A stretch of 32,000 bases of DNA, from positions 1 through 32,000 of the forward strand of contig JAPZAR010000028.1 in NCBI GenBank assembly GCA_027460535.1, given 5' to 3'. The notes under the pieces were generated by a model. The model searched no databases, was not told where the DNA came from, and saw nothing but the letters and a program-made list of their open reading frames with translations. Below, one piece after another: positions 1-8,966 of the stretch; position 1 is the stretch's first letter; each line of letters starts with the position of its first letter. Origin of the DNA: Candidatus Methanoperedens sp. (lineage in GTDB: Archaea; Halobacteriota; Methanosarcinia; Methanosarcinales; Methanoperedenaceae). A program made the translations under genes and the position numbers.

Positions 1-1
1 G

Positions 2-1750
2 TATATCAACGGAACTTTGGTTCAGACAAATACGGGTGTGACTAATGCCGGTTATACCAACACCAGTGCAGGACTTGGCGTATGGAACATAACAGCTACA
101 GCAACCAATACCAATGGTGTTGATTCACAGATGTGGATATGGAATGTCACAACAGCACCCACGCCACCAACGTCATCATTACCGCCACCAGTACCTCAGA
201 ACCTTGGTTTATATGATGCGGGGATAGACCAACTTCAGACCAACGCAACTAGCCAGAGTGCATGCAGACAATGCCATCAAACATCCGGAACAAACATCAG
301 TGGAGGATACAGCAACACCGTCGTAGGTGGAGTACCAACAAGGCATCACAGGCTGTTACAAACACAAAAGATAAATCCATTAACCAATGCTCTATTCGGC
401 TGTGGGGATTGTCATCCGTCCACTCCAGGAGCAGGAAATGGAATATTATTGGATAGAAGCTGTGTAGATTGCCATAATGGGACAAGTTTCTGGGCAGATT
501 CGACTCTTGGTGCACATGTAGGCAATTTCAGTAGACCTCACCATGTCGATACAGCGAATGATACCGCAAATATTGGAACACCTGCTGCAAACAGGACGTG
601 CAATTTCTGTCACGGCAGTTTCGTAAACAACTATAACGATGGACATTATAAACCATCATACGCTACGGACTTTATGATAACGCCGTTCGCTACCTTTAAA
701 GCGACCAACTTCTCACAACCGGATGGACTTGGTGGCAATAAGGTATGGGGAGGTTGTTTATCATGCCATGATCCCAATCCTGCAGCAACGCCATCACCAA
801 TTGGCAGCAACCGCGACAACCATCACAAAGAAATATTGGGCTTTAGCGGATTCGGCGGTAAGACTGCATTCCAAAATGCATCGACTCCAGGCGCATCATG
901 CAGCTGGTGCCATGTAATAACACCAGGCGGTGCAAGCCCGTTGAGAGTCAACATAACCAATCCATTTACTGGTGAGCTGCTCGTCGGAGCGATGGAAGTT
1001 AGGAACTCAACCATTGAAGCAACCGATGTATTTGAACCAGGAACAACTAATATCACCGTTAATGGTACGGGTTGCGAGAAGTGCCACGGTGTCCAGTCAA
1101 TCCATAACATCCAGTTTAACTATGCGCCAGGTGGACAGCAAGGACTTGGTCATATAAACAATAACACGGATTGCTATGGCTGTCACAATTCATGGTTGCC
1201 AGCAGATACATGGACGCCGGGAGCCCTTGTTCCATATGTGGATAGTGTAAGCCCGTCAGTAATAGCCGAAGGAACTGCTGCTACTCTCACCATCACGGGT
1301 TCGAACTTCGTGAATGGCGCCTATACTTCTGTAGTAACTGTAGATGGAGTGACATATACACCAACATCTGTAACAGATTCACAGATAGTGGTTAACATTC
1401 CGGCACTCAGTGCAGGAGTTCACACAGTGCAACTTGTGAAAGGCGGGGATACGCTTAGCAAACTGTCGACATTGACTGTTGTGCCAGCGGTCACTTTGTC
1501 TTCAGCGACATTGAATGGCGGAACCTTAACTATCTCCGGAATTGGACTGGGAAATCAACCAACAACAAATGCTCAGCAATATGTCACTTTCAGTCATGCA
1601 GGAATAATCAATTATTCCACGAGTATCATCAGCTGGAGCGATACGCAGATAGTGGCAACATTATCTGGTTCAGTAGTAGCGGGAGATACGGTAGAAGTGA
1701 TGACGGCAAACAGTGGACAAGCAACGGCTGCTATTGTAATACCAGGGTGA
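2..1750 (+). CDS. Multiheme c-type cytochrome, probably extracellular glycoprotein, with C-terminal tandem IPT/TIG-like Ig-fold domains; 5' end cut by the window edge
   Basis: The frame is open to nt 2, and the tracked TTG at 17 is probably not the real start. Eight CxxCH heme-binding motifs are present: CRQCH (263-277), CGDCH, CVDCH, CNFCH, CLSCH, CSWCH, CEKCH and CYGCH (1172-1186). There are about 17 N-x-S/T sequons. The C-terminal ~170 aa contain two beta-rich repeats (SPSVIAEGTAATLTITGSNF... and ATLNGGTLTISGIGLG...) typical of IPT/TIG domains. Confidence 0.85.
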   Translation, partial: YINGTLVQTNTGVTNAGYTNTSAGLGVWNITATATNTNGVDSQMWIWNVTTAPTPPTSSLPPPVPQNLGLYDAGIDQLQTNATSQSACRQCHQTSGTNISGGYSNTVVGGVPTRHHRLLQTQKINPLTNALFGCGDCHPSTPGAGNGILLDRSCVDCHNGTSFWADSTLGAHVGNFSRPHHVDTANDTANIGTPAANRTCNFCHGSFVNNYNDGHYKPSYATDFMITPFATFKATNFSQPDGLGGNKVWGGCLSCHDPNPAATPSPIGSNRDNHHKEILGFSGFGGKTAFQNASTPGASCSWCHVITPGGASPLRVNITNPFTGELLVGAMEVRNSTIEATDVFEPGTTNITVNGTGCEKCHGVQSIHNIQFNYAPGGQQGLGHINNNTDCYGCHNSWLPADTWTPGALVPYVDSVSPSVIAEGTAATLTITGSNFVNGAYTSVVTVDGVTYTPTSVTDSQIVVNIPALSAGVHTVQLVKGGDTLSKLSTLTVVPAVTLSSATLNGGTLTISGIGLGNQPTTNAQQYVTFSHAGIINYSTSIISWSDTQIVATLSGSVVAGDTVEVMTANSGQATAAIVIPG

Positions 1751-1813
1751 CTGTAAAACATAAAGTCGAAGTGATGACCGCGAGTATCGGACAAGAAAAT
1801 AAGTAGAAACCTG

Positions 1814-1851
1814 AAAGAAGGGATTTAAATCTCTTCTTTAAATTTTTTTTT
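1814..1851 (+). terminator. Hairpin plus oligo-T terminator downstream of the cytochrome gene
   Basis: A near-perfect palindrome aaagaagggatttaaatctcttcttt (1814-1839) is followed by a T9 run (1843-1851). It lies in the convergent gap between the cytochrome gene and uvrB. Confidence 0.5.
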
Positions 1852-1930
1852 AAAGAATGATAAGAACTAACTTCCAGCATTGGTTTTTCTTTGATGCCCT
1901 CCACAATTTATAAATTTCACCAGCACTAAA

Positions 1931-3859
1931 TCACAGGCCTTTCCTCAACTTCGCTATCCAGTCCCTTATTTTTGCAGCTTTCTCAAACTCAAGGTTCTTC
2001 GCAGCTCTGTGCATCTCCGCTTCCAGTTCAACAATATAATTGAACATCTCCTCCTTTGGAGGGGCAACTTCGGTAATCTCCCTCGGCTGGACAGCCTTTC
2101 GAATGGTCTGCGGCGTGATGTCATGCTCCTGGTTGTACAGTATCTGCATTGCGCGCCGCCGGTTCGTCTCCTCCATCGCCCTCTGCATCGAGCCCGTTAT
2201 CCTGTCAGCGTACATCACTACCCTTCCTTCCACATTCCTTGAGGTTCTTCCTATTGTTTGCAAAAGGGAGCGATCCGAACGCAGGAATCCCTCCTTGTCG
2301 GCATCCAGGATCGCCACAAGTGCGACCTCTGGCAGGTCAAGCCCCTCACGCAACAGGTTTATTCCCACAAGCACGTCGAACTCCCCGAGGCGCAGTCCCC
2401 TTATTATTTCGATTCGCTCGAGAGTTTCGATCTCAGAATGCATATACCTCGCCTTGATGCCGACATTGATCAGATATTCGGTCAGATCCTCAGCCATTCT
2501 TTTCGTGAGTGTCGTGACAAGCACCCTGTATTTTTTCGCAGTCTTTGCATGTATCTCAGCTATCAGGTCATCGATTTGACCTTTAATAGTCTTCACTACT
2601 ATCTCGGGGTCCACGAGCCCGGTCGGTCTTATGATCTGTTCCACAACCTGGGCGCTTCGGGTCATCTCGTACTCGGCCGGAGTGGCAGAGACATACATAA
2701 CCTGGCTCACACGCACCTCGAATTCCTCGAAAGTTAAAGGGCGGTTATCAAAAGCCGATGGCATCCTGAACCCGTAATCCACGAGCGATTCTTTTCGCGC
2801 ATGGTCACCTGCATGCATTCCACGAATCTGAGGTATCGTGACATGCGATTCATCGATAACGATAAGATAGTCCTCCGGGAAATAATCAAGGAGGGAATAT
2901 GGCGGTTCGCCTTCTCTTCTCCCGTCCATATGACGGCTGTAGTTCTCTATTCCCTGGCAGTATCCTATCTCCCGCATCATCTCGATATCGAACTTCGTTC
3001 TCTGCTCAAGACGCGCCGCTTCGAGTATTTTCCCCATGGATTTCAGCTTTCGCAGCCTATCCTTGAGTTCATCTTCGATCGATTCTATGGCCGCGTCAAT
3101 TCTTTCCTGTGGCATCACGAAATGCTTTGCGGGGTATATCACAAGAGCATCGCTCTCACGGAACGCTTTCCCGGTGAGAGGGTCAAATTCAGCTATGCGT
3201 TCTATCTCATCGCCGAAGAGTTCTATCCTGACCCCGTTTGAAGCGTAAGAAGGGAATACTTCAACGGTGTCACCGCGTGCCCTGAACTTTCCCATGCTGA
3301 AATCAATGTCATTACGTTCGTATTGCATGTCCACCAGGCTTGAAAGTATAGCCCTGCGCTCCATATTATCTCCTTTTCTCAGGAGAAGCGACATATCATG
3401 CCATTCCTGCGGCGACCCTATGCCGTAGATGCACGAGACACTTGCCACTACGATCACATCCCTCCGCTCAAAAAGCGACCGTGTGGCTGAAAGCCGCATC
3501 CTGTTTATCTCCTCATTTATGGATGCATCTTTTTCGATATACGTATCGGTCTGGGGAATGTATGCTTCAGGCTGATAGTAATCATAGTAGCTAACAAAAT
3601 ATTCAACGGCATTTTCCGGGAAAAATGCCTTGAACTCCGAATAAAGCTGCGCCGCAAGGGTCTTGTTGTGCGAGATAACAAGCGTGGGCCGCTGAACTCT
3701 GTTAATTACGTTCGCCACCGTGAATGTTTTTCCCGAACCTGTCACGCCAAGCAGGGTTTGATGCTTCATCCCGCGTTCTAACCCGGAAGTCAGCTTTTCA
3801 ATGGCTTTTATCTGGTCTCCCTTTGGCTCAAATCCGGATACAAGTCTGAATGCTCCCAT
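1931..3859 (-). CDS. uvrB: Excinuclease ABC subunit B (UvrB)
   Basis: 642 aa. It has the Walker A motif [10 protein letters not shown], helicase motifs ([16 protein letters not shown]) and a C-terminal UVR domain ([23 protein letters not shown]). Similarity to UvrB runs the full length. Confidence 0.95.
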   Translation of the reverse strand: MGAFRLVSGFEPKGDQIKAIEKLTSGLERGMKHQTLLGVTGSGKTFTVANVINRVQRPTLVISHNKTLAAQLYSEFKAFFPENAVEYFVSYYDYYQPEAYIPQTDTYIEKDASINEEINRMRLSATRSLFERRDVIVVASVSCIYGIGSPQEWHDMSLLLRKGDNMERRAILSSLVDMQYERNDIDFSMGKFRARGDTVEVFPSYASNGVRIELFGDEIERIAEFDPLTGKAFRESDALVIYPAKHFVMPQERIDAAIESIEDELKDRLRKLKSMGKILEAARLEQRTKFDIEMMREIGYCQGIENYSRHMDGRREGEPPYSLLDYFPEDYLIVIDESHVTIPQIRGMHAGDHARKESLVDYGFRMPSAFDNRPLTFEEFEVRVSQVMYVSATPAEYEMTRSAQVVEQIIRPTGLVDPEIVVKTIKGQIDDLIAEIHAKTAKKYRVLVTTLTKRMAEDLTEYLINVGIKARYMHSEIETLERIEIIRGLRLGEFDVLVGINLLREGLDLPEVALVAILDADKEGFLRSDRSLLQTIGRTSRNVEGRVVMYADRITGSMQRAMEETNRRRAMQILYNQEHDITPQTIRKAVQPREITEVAPPKEEMFNYIVELEAEMHRAAKNLEFEKAAKIRDWIAKLRKGL

Positions 3860-3907
3860 CGCTTCTGAGAAGGAGGCATACTAACTTATTCTTTCCTGTT
3901 TGGGACA

Positions 3908-5866
3908 TCAGAGCACGAACATGGTGAATAAGAGGTAGCCTATTGTTACCATAATCACCGAGTGCTTCAATCCGGAGAGCACACTGCCTTCTCCCATAAC
4001 TCCTGCAATAAGGCCCGAGGAAAAGCCCTGTATCAGAGCCCCGTGAAAAAACAGGCGATTATACATGGCCAGTTTCTCCCTGTTAAGGCTCAGGGGAACT
4101 GCATGCGCCCCGGAGGAAGTCGCCTTTTCCCCGGCTTTTACCATTTCCTGAAGGAAAGTGGATGATATGATGTAGATGATTCCGATGAAAACCAGGAATG
4201 ATATATAAATTATAACTATGTAAATAAACATGGAGACTCTTCGCTCATTCTTTAATTCCTGTTCAGCCGCAGCGTCACGGGCAGCCACCGATAGCACCTC
4301 GCCTATATCTCCGCTGGATTCATTCGCTTTTGTCAATAGAGTGACCGAACGTGCAACGATATGTGTTCTCACACGGTTCGCAAACCGCTTGAGCGCCTCA
4401 TTAATTTCAAGTCCCCAGTCTATATCATTCCAGATTTTCTTGATCTCCTTGCTCATGCCAATATCGGATCGCGTCATTAATTTAATAGAATCTCGCAGCG
4501 TCATTCCGGTTTCATTGGTACTGGCAAGCTTTTTTAAGAAATCAGGGATCTGGTTCTGTATTTTATTTTCTTTACTCTTCTTGTACTCATGAAAAATCAT
4601 CAGTGGGATTATTATAATATATATGGCCAAAATTATTTTGTCGTCTATATAGTCAATGAAGTAGTAAACTTTCAAGCCCTGAATGATAGAAATTATTAAG
4701 TAAATGAGCGCGATTGGCACGGTTATCGCCAGCGAGTATTCTGGTTTTTCTTTAATCCGCTTTAAAGGATCTTTGAGCAAGTTTCTTATCTTGATTGTGT
4801 CTCTGGATTTTATGAAATTCAAAAAGGTGGGCTTTTCTTCGGTCTCAGGAACTATTATATCACCCACAAGGCTCTCCGTGGGGAGGATTGGGGCATCGCC
4901 CGTTGAACCTGGGGTTATGATGCTGATCATAACTACAAACATCATCGAGCCTATCGGAATCACTGCATAGATTATAGCATATATCATTATATTGCTTCCA
5001 GAGCCCATTACAGACATCATCACACCAAGAATTATAATAAAAAGAGGCCCGGCAACAAACGCCGTAACGTAGGATTCCGCTATCAAACCAAGGGTTTCAA
5101 GAAATCCCTTCTGCTCTACCTTGGCCTTATTGAGATATTGTTCGGACTTATCCCTGAAATATGCGGGAATATTGCCACCGCTGTCGATAACTGTTAAAAG
5201 ATTGTACATGAGATCCCTGAAATTCTCTGACGGTGTTACCTCGCAGATATTGTGGAGGGCAGTCCTCAAATCATTTCCAAAGTAATCCATGTCCCGAAGG
5301 ATTACATCTACCTCCCGGGCGACTTCCTCGTATGTATCTGTGCATTTGCTCAGCGAACGCATTATCTCGATAACGTTCATGCCGCCACGGCTCAATGCAT
5401 ACATGAAGGTCACCGCATAGGGGAGGTTTTTATCTATAGACCCTTTTCTCTCACCAGCTAAGAAACTCGGATATATGGTAAAGAGCATATAGGTTATTCC
5501 ACCCAGCAGTAAAGTCAGGAAGATTATAATAAAAAGTGCGATAGATATATTCCTGTATTGAATAAGCCAGGCACTCGATGGTGAAAATGTGAGGTGGGTC
5601 AACCTGTCGGGGAGTTTAACTACTGTTACTACTATATAGGCCATTATCAGGCCAACGAACGCCCCTATAAAACCCGCCAGCGCCGAGTAAAATAGGGCGT
5701 TTGAGATATACATCTCATAAGACATGGGTATGCGCGCCTGCCTCATAGAATTCCGCAGGTCGCGATAACCGCCCTTGTGCTGTTTCATCTTTTCCCCGAG
5801 CAAGACGAAGGGCAGAGCTTTTAATTTCCGGAAAAACAATTCAAATGATTTATTATAATTCGCCAT
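3908..5866 (-). CDS. FlaJ/TadC-like polytopic membrane platform protein (two T2SS-F-type domains) of an archaeal type IV pilus/archaellum-like machine
   Basis: 652 aa. Hydrophobic helices alternate with two cytoplasmic helical-bundle regions, as in FlaJ/PilC. Its start lies 3 nt after the stop of the FlaI-like ATPase gene, indicating operon coupling. Confidence 0.75.
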   Translation of the reverse strand: MANYNKSFELFFRKLKALPFVLLGEKMKQHKGGYRDLRNSMRQARIPMSYEMYISNALFYSALAGFIGAFVGLIMAYIVVTVVKLPDRLTHLTFSPSSAWLIQYRNISIALFIIIFLTLLLGGITYMLFTIYPSFLAGERKGSIDKNLPYAVTFMYALSRGGMNVIEIMRSLSKCTDTYEEVAREVDVILRDMDYFGNDLRTALHNICEVTPSENFRDLMYNLLTVIDSGGNIPAYFRDKSEQYLNKAKVEQKGFLETLGLIAESYVTAFVAGPLFIIILGVMMSVMGSGSNIMIYAIIYAVIPIGSMMFVVMISIITPGSTGDAPILPTESLVGDIIVPETEEKPTFLNFIKSRDTIKIRNLLKDPLKRIKEKPEYSLAITVPIALIYLIISIIQGLKVYYFIDYIDDKIILAIYIIIIPLMIFHEYKKSKENKIQNQIPDFLKKLASTNETGMTLRDSIKLMTRSDIGMSKEIKKIWNDIDWGLEINEALKRFANRVRTHIVARSVTLLTKANESSGDIGEVLSVAARDAAAEQELKNERRVSMFIYIVIIYISFLVFIGIIYIISSTFLQEMVKAGEKATSSGAHAVPLSLNREKLAMYNRLFFHGALIQGFSSGLIAGVMGEGSVLSGLKHSVIMVTIGYLLFTMFVL

Positions 5867-5868
5867 AA

Positions 5869-8763
5869 TTACCCGGGGGTGATATTCAGCTTCTTGATGA
5901 TCTTTTCTGGTGTGGCCTGATAATCATGGATGATCGTGGAAATCGCATTGAAGTCTGAGATCTTATTATTGACCATGAACTCGAGTATTTTTTGCCTGTT
6001 CATGAGTTCATTTTTCAAGTCGGGAAGGCTCCAGCCCCTTCGGATCATTATCTCATTAACAGCTTTTGATTCCCCGACCCTCAGGAATTTATCGGTCAAT
6101 GGATCCCAAACGAAAATATCGTTTGTCCTGATATTCCTTGTTGTCGGGTCGATATCTGTAATCTCAACAAGTTTCATGTTACGGCGCGATCGTTTTCCTT
6201 TCACGTAGGTCTGGGACTGTATGCTAATGATATTTAGCGCCTGTATCATAGTCCTCGGGACACTGATAGGCGGGTTTTCAAGCCGGTGGATGGCACTTGA
6301 AACAGAATCAGCATGCATCGTGGAGAAAGTGGTATGCCCTGTGCTCATCGCCTGGAAAAGGGTAAGAGCTTCCTTACCTCTCACTTCGCCTACAAGCAGG
6401 AATTCGGGCCGCTGACGCAGTGCGGCTCTTAAAAGCTCGTACATATCTATGCTTCCCCTACCATCGGCGGTGAATGAATCCCTTGTTATTCCGGGAATCC
6501 AGTTGGGATGGGGCAATTTCAATTCGCGCGTGTCTTCAAGGGTGATCACCTTTGCCTGTGCCGGGATGAATAAAGATACTGCATTAAGAGATGAAGTCTT
6601 TCCCGAAGCCGTTCCTCCTGCAAAAATCAAACTCTTATTGTTCTCAATGCACAGCCAGAGATAAGCCATCTCCTCTGGGGAGAACGTATTCCAGTTGAGG
6701 AGGTCGACTGGTGTGATCGGGATCTCGCTGAACTTTCGTATCGTAAAGGTGCATCCATGAGATGTCACTTCCGTACCCAGGGTCATCTGGATACGTGAAC
6801 CGTCCGGCATAGTTGCGTCAATCATTGGTTCTGCGATCGATATATGCTTGCCGCAGCGCTGTGCTAGCCGGATCACATACGAAGTAAGCTCCTTTTCATT
6901 ATAATATATATTTGTGGGAATATTGGCGTATTTCTTATGGTACAGGTATATCGGTATGTCATGGCCGTTGGCTGAAACATCCTCGATCCTGTTATCGTGC
7001 ATTAACGGATCGATCTTTCCGAATTTTATAAAATCCCTTCTCGTATAGTACATTACTTTTTCGAGCGTAATCGGACTGATGTCGATCGCATAATCTTTTA
7101 CAAGCATCTTGACCTTGCTTGTCAGGATCTTATCTTTATCAGATTCGGTCTTGATTTCTTCAACAAGAAGGACATCCTTCAGCCTGTCCTTAATCTCCTT
7201 AAGGAATAAATCCTCGAAATCCGTGAGCACAGGTTCCGCAATATAATACAGGTAGCTATTATTATCCGGGTTGAATAGTATTACAACAAATGCGTACGGC
7301 TCGTTTACCCAATAGCGTTCAATTTCGTTGAATCCTTCAAGCCCTTCAAATGTGACGAGAGGACCGTCTACAGCAGGATCATATGATTCTATTGAATCAG
7401 GTTCTTTTGTGAAAAAGTACTTTACCTTACCTAAGAAAGTCTGAGGGGGGTTTTCCTCAAGAACTTTCGATTGCATCTCTTTAAGTTTCTTGATACGGGT
7501 TTCAACATCAGACATTAATTTTTCTTCAAGGAGCTCAAAGACCGCCTGTTTTTCCGGGGTCAACTGCTGCTTGATGATATCCCTCGCATCATCGCTCTCA
7601 AGACGTGCAAGAAAACCTTCCACTCCCTCCGGCGATAGTTTTTCCTTTGACCACACCAGCTCTTCAAGTGATGCCTTTTCGGAATTTTCCTCAGGAGGTT
7701 GACCGGCATAGACTTCATTGCTTTCAGCCACGGCAATTGCTTCTTTGTCGTCTGATTTTCCATGATCTTCCTGAGGCTGTCCTACCTTTTCAGCCAGTCC
7801 AAATCCTGCTTCGGGAGGTATTTCTGGTTTTTCTTCCTCCAATATCAATTCTTCCAGCGGAAGTTCTTCTAACTCTTCTCCGGTTCTCGTTTCCTCTGGT
7901 ACCTGGATTTTTTCCCTATCCTTCTCGGATATCTCAATTTCGTTCGGCTTTTTATTCGAATCTTCTAGGGCCGCTGTCTCTTCCTGTTCCGGGATATTTT
8001 CTATATCTATCCCGGGTATCATCTCACCCGCCTTACCATCAACGGGCTCTTTCTCTAAATCTTCCCGGGGTATCGTCTCTTCTGGTCCCGCTGTTATCTT
8101 TTCCTCCGATATTTCCCCATCATCAGAAGGCTTTACGATAACCTCACCTACGCTATTAGCTCCTTCTCTTTCAGAATTTACTTCTTCAGCTGCAACCGCC
8201 AGCTCATTCTTTTTTGCCGCCCTTTCCAATCCTTTTTTGCTTTTATTTCTCAATTTTTTTGATTTTTTCCTGGGCGCTTCCTTTTCATCTTCATCAGATT
8301 CCAAATCTTCAAAAGCTTTCTCTTTCTCTTCCCTTCTATGCGATGTTATCTGCTTTCCTACGCGAGAAATGGAATCTAAATCCATATCTTTCTTATTGAG
8401 TTCTCCTTCAGTTTTACCCTCTTTCCTGTTCCCGTTGCCTTTGGATGATTTTAGAAATTTCCTGACTATTTTTAGTTGTCCTGAAACATCTTCCATTTTT
8501 TCGTGCCCGGCTTTAGCTTCTTTAACGGCTTCTGTAAGATTGTCATAGATTGGTGATTCCGGGCTAATAGAGGCAATATCCCCTTCATAAACCTCTATTT
8601 CCTCACCCTGCTTGATCAGCTTTACCAGTCTTTTCTTGAGATCCTCTGTATCAATAGACGGATCCACAGAAGCCAGGTCGCTCACAAATCTCCCTATATG
8701 CATCTCATCCGGGGATTTAAATTTTGCAAGGAATACTCGCACTTTTTCGCGTATTTCAATCAT
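5869..8763 (-). CDS. FlaI/VirB11/GspE-family secretion ATPase with a ~440-aa N-terminal extension (small folded head plus long acidic low-complexity region)
   Basis: 964 aa. The C-terminal ~520 aa carry the Walker A motif AGGTASGKTS, a Walker B/Asp box (ITLEDTRELKL), LLVGEVRGKEA and a His box (GHTTFSTMHA), all typical of FlaI/TadA ATPases. Residues ~100-365 are E/K/D/P-rich low complexity. Confidence 0.85.
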   Translation of the reverse strand: MIEIREKVRVFLAKFKSPDEMHIGRFVSDLASVDPSIDTEDLKKRLVKLIKQGEEIEVYEGDIASISPESPIYDNLTEAVKEAKAGHEKMEDVSGQLKIVRKFLKSSKGNGNRKEGKTEGELNKKDMDLDSISRVGKQITSHRREEKEKAFEDLESDEDEKEAPRKKSKKLRNKSKKGLERAAKKNELAVAAEEVNSEREGANSVGEVIVKPSDDGEISEEKITAGPEETIPREDLEKEPVDGKAGEMIPGIDIENIPEQEETAALEDSNKKPNEIEISEKDREKIQVPEETRTGEELEELPLEELILEEEKPEIPPEAGFGLAEKVGQPQEDHGKSDDKEAIAVAESNEVYAGQPPEENSEKASLEELVWSKEKLSPEGVEGFLARLESDDARDIIKQQLTPEKQAVFELLEEKLMSDVETRIKKLKEMQSKVLEENPPQTFLGKVKYFFTKEPDSIESYDPAVDGPLVTFEGLEGFNEIERYWVNEPYAFVVILFNPDNNSYLYYIAEPVLTDFEDLFLKEIKDRLKDVLLVEEIKTESDKDKILTSKVKMLVKDYAIDISPITLEKVMYYTRRDFIKFGKIDPLMHDNRIEDVSANGHDIPIYLYHKKYANIPTNIYYNEKELTSYVIRLAQRCGKHISIAEPMIDATMPDGSRIQMTLGTEVTSHGCTFTIRKFSEIPITPVDLLNWNTFSPEEMAYLWLCIENNKSLIFAGGTASGKTSSLNAVSLFIPAQAKVITLEDTRELKLPHPNWIPGITRDSFTADGRGSIDMYELLRAALRQRPEFLLVGEVRGKEALTLFQAMSTGHTTFSTMHADSVSSAIHRLENPPISVPRTMIQALNIISIQSQTYVKGKRSRRNMKLVEITDIDPTTRNIRTNDIFVWDPLTDKFLRVGESKAVNEIMIRRGWSLPDLKNELMNRQKILEFMVNNKISDFNAISTIIHDYQATPEKIIKKLNITPG

Positions 8764-8773
8764 AATTCTGGAA

Positions 8774-8965
8774 TCATATCTTGATCTTCTTGAAATCCTC
8801 TATATCATTGGAGAGGCGCATCAATTCTTCTCCGGTAATAGAAACCCTGTCTCTCAATTCGTTAAGTTCTTCTCTTAATTGCCTTATCCGGACATACATC
8901 AAATAAATCATAAAAAAAGATATCAAAAGCACAATCACTAAAATAGTGGACATTATATCATCCAT
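8774..8965 (-). CDS. Small single-pass membrane protein with a C-terminal coiled coil (63 aa); operon partner of MinD and the FlaI-like ATPase
   Basis: The internal ATG at 8965 gives MDDIMSTILVIVLLISFFMIYLMYV (TM helix) followed by a charged heptad-like tail. That start lies 1 nt past the MinD stop codon (8967-8969). The tracked 103-aa version overlaps MinD and is probably too long. Confidence 0.55.
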   Translation of the reverse strand: MDDIMSTILVIVLLISFFMIYLMYVRIRQLREELNELRDRVSITGEELMRLSNDIEDFKKIKI

Positions 8966-8966
8966 C

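Noticed and set aside
1771-1814. C/D-box sRNA-like string (GTGATGA ... CTGA) downstream of the cytochrome gene
   Set aside because: Only 44 nt separate the boxes. There are no internal D'/C' boxes at the expected 12-nt guide spacing, and no terminal stem. The GTGATGA is better explained as part of the decayed duplicate of the CDS 3' end.
2009-3248. A series of plus-strand ORFs (77-179 aa) across the uvrB locus
   Set aside because: They lie entirely antisense to a full-length, motif-rich uvrB. Their products are low-complexity (Ser/Arg/Leu-rich) with no recognisable motifs. They are typical shadow ORFs.
7490-8548. Plus-strand ORFs (up to 178 aa) and one 67-aa minus-strand ORF inside the acidic region of the FlaI-like gene
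   Set aside because: They are artefacts of the purine/pyrimidine-skewed low-complexity coding sequence. Their translations are Leu/Pro/Ser/Phe runs. The single long minus-strand frame explains the region.
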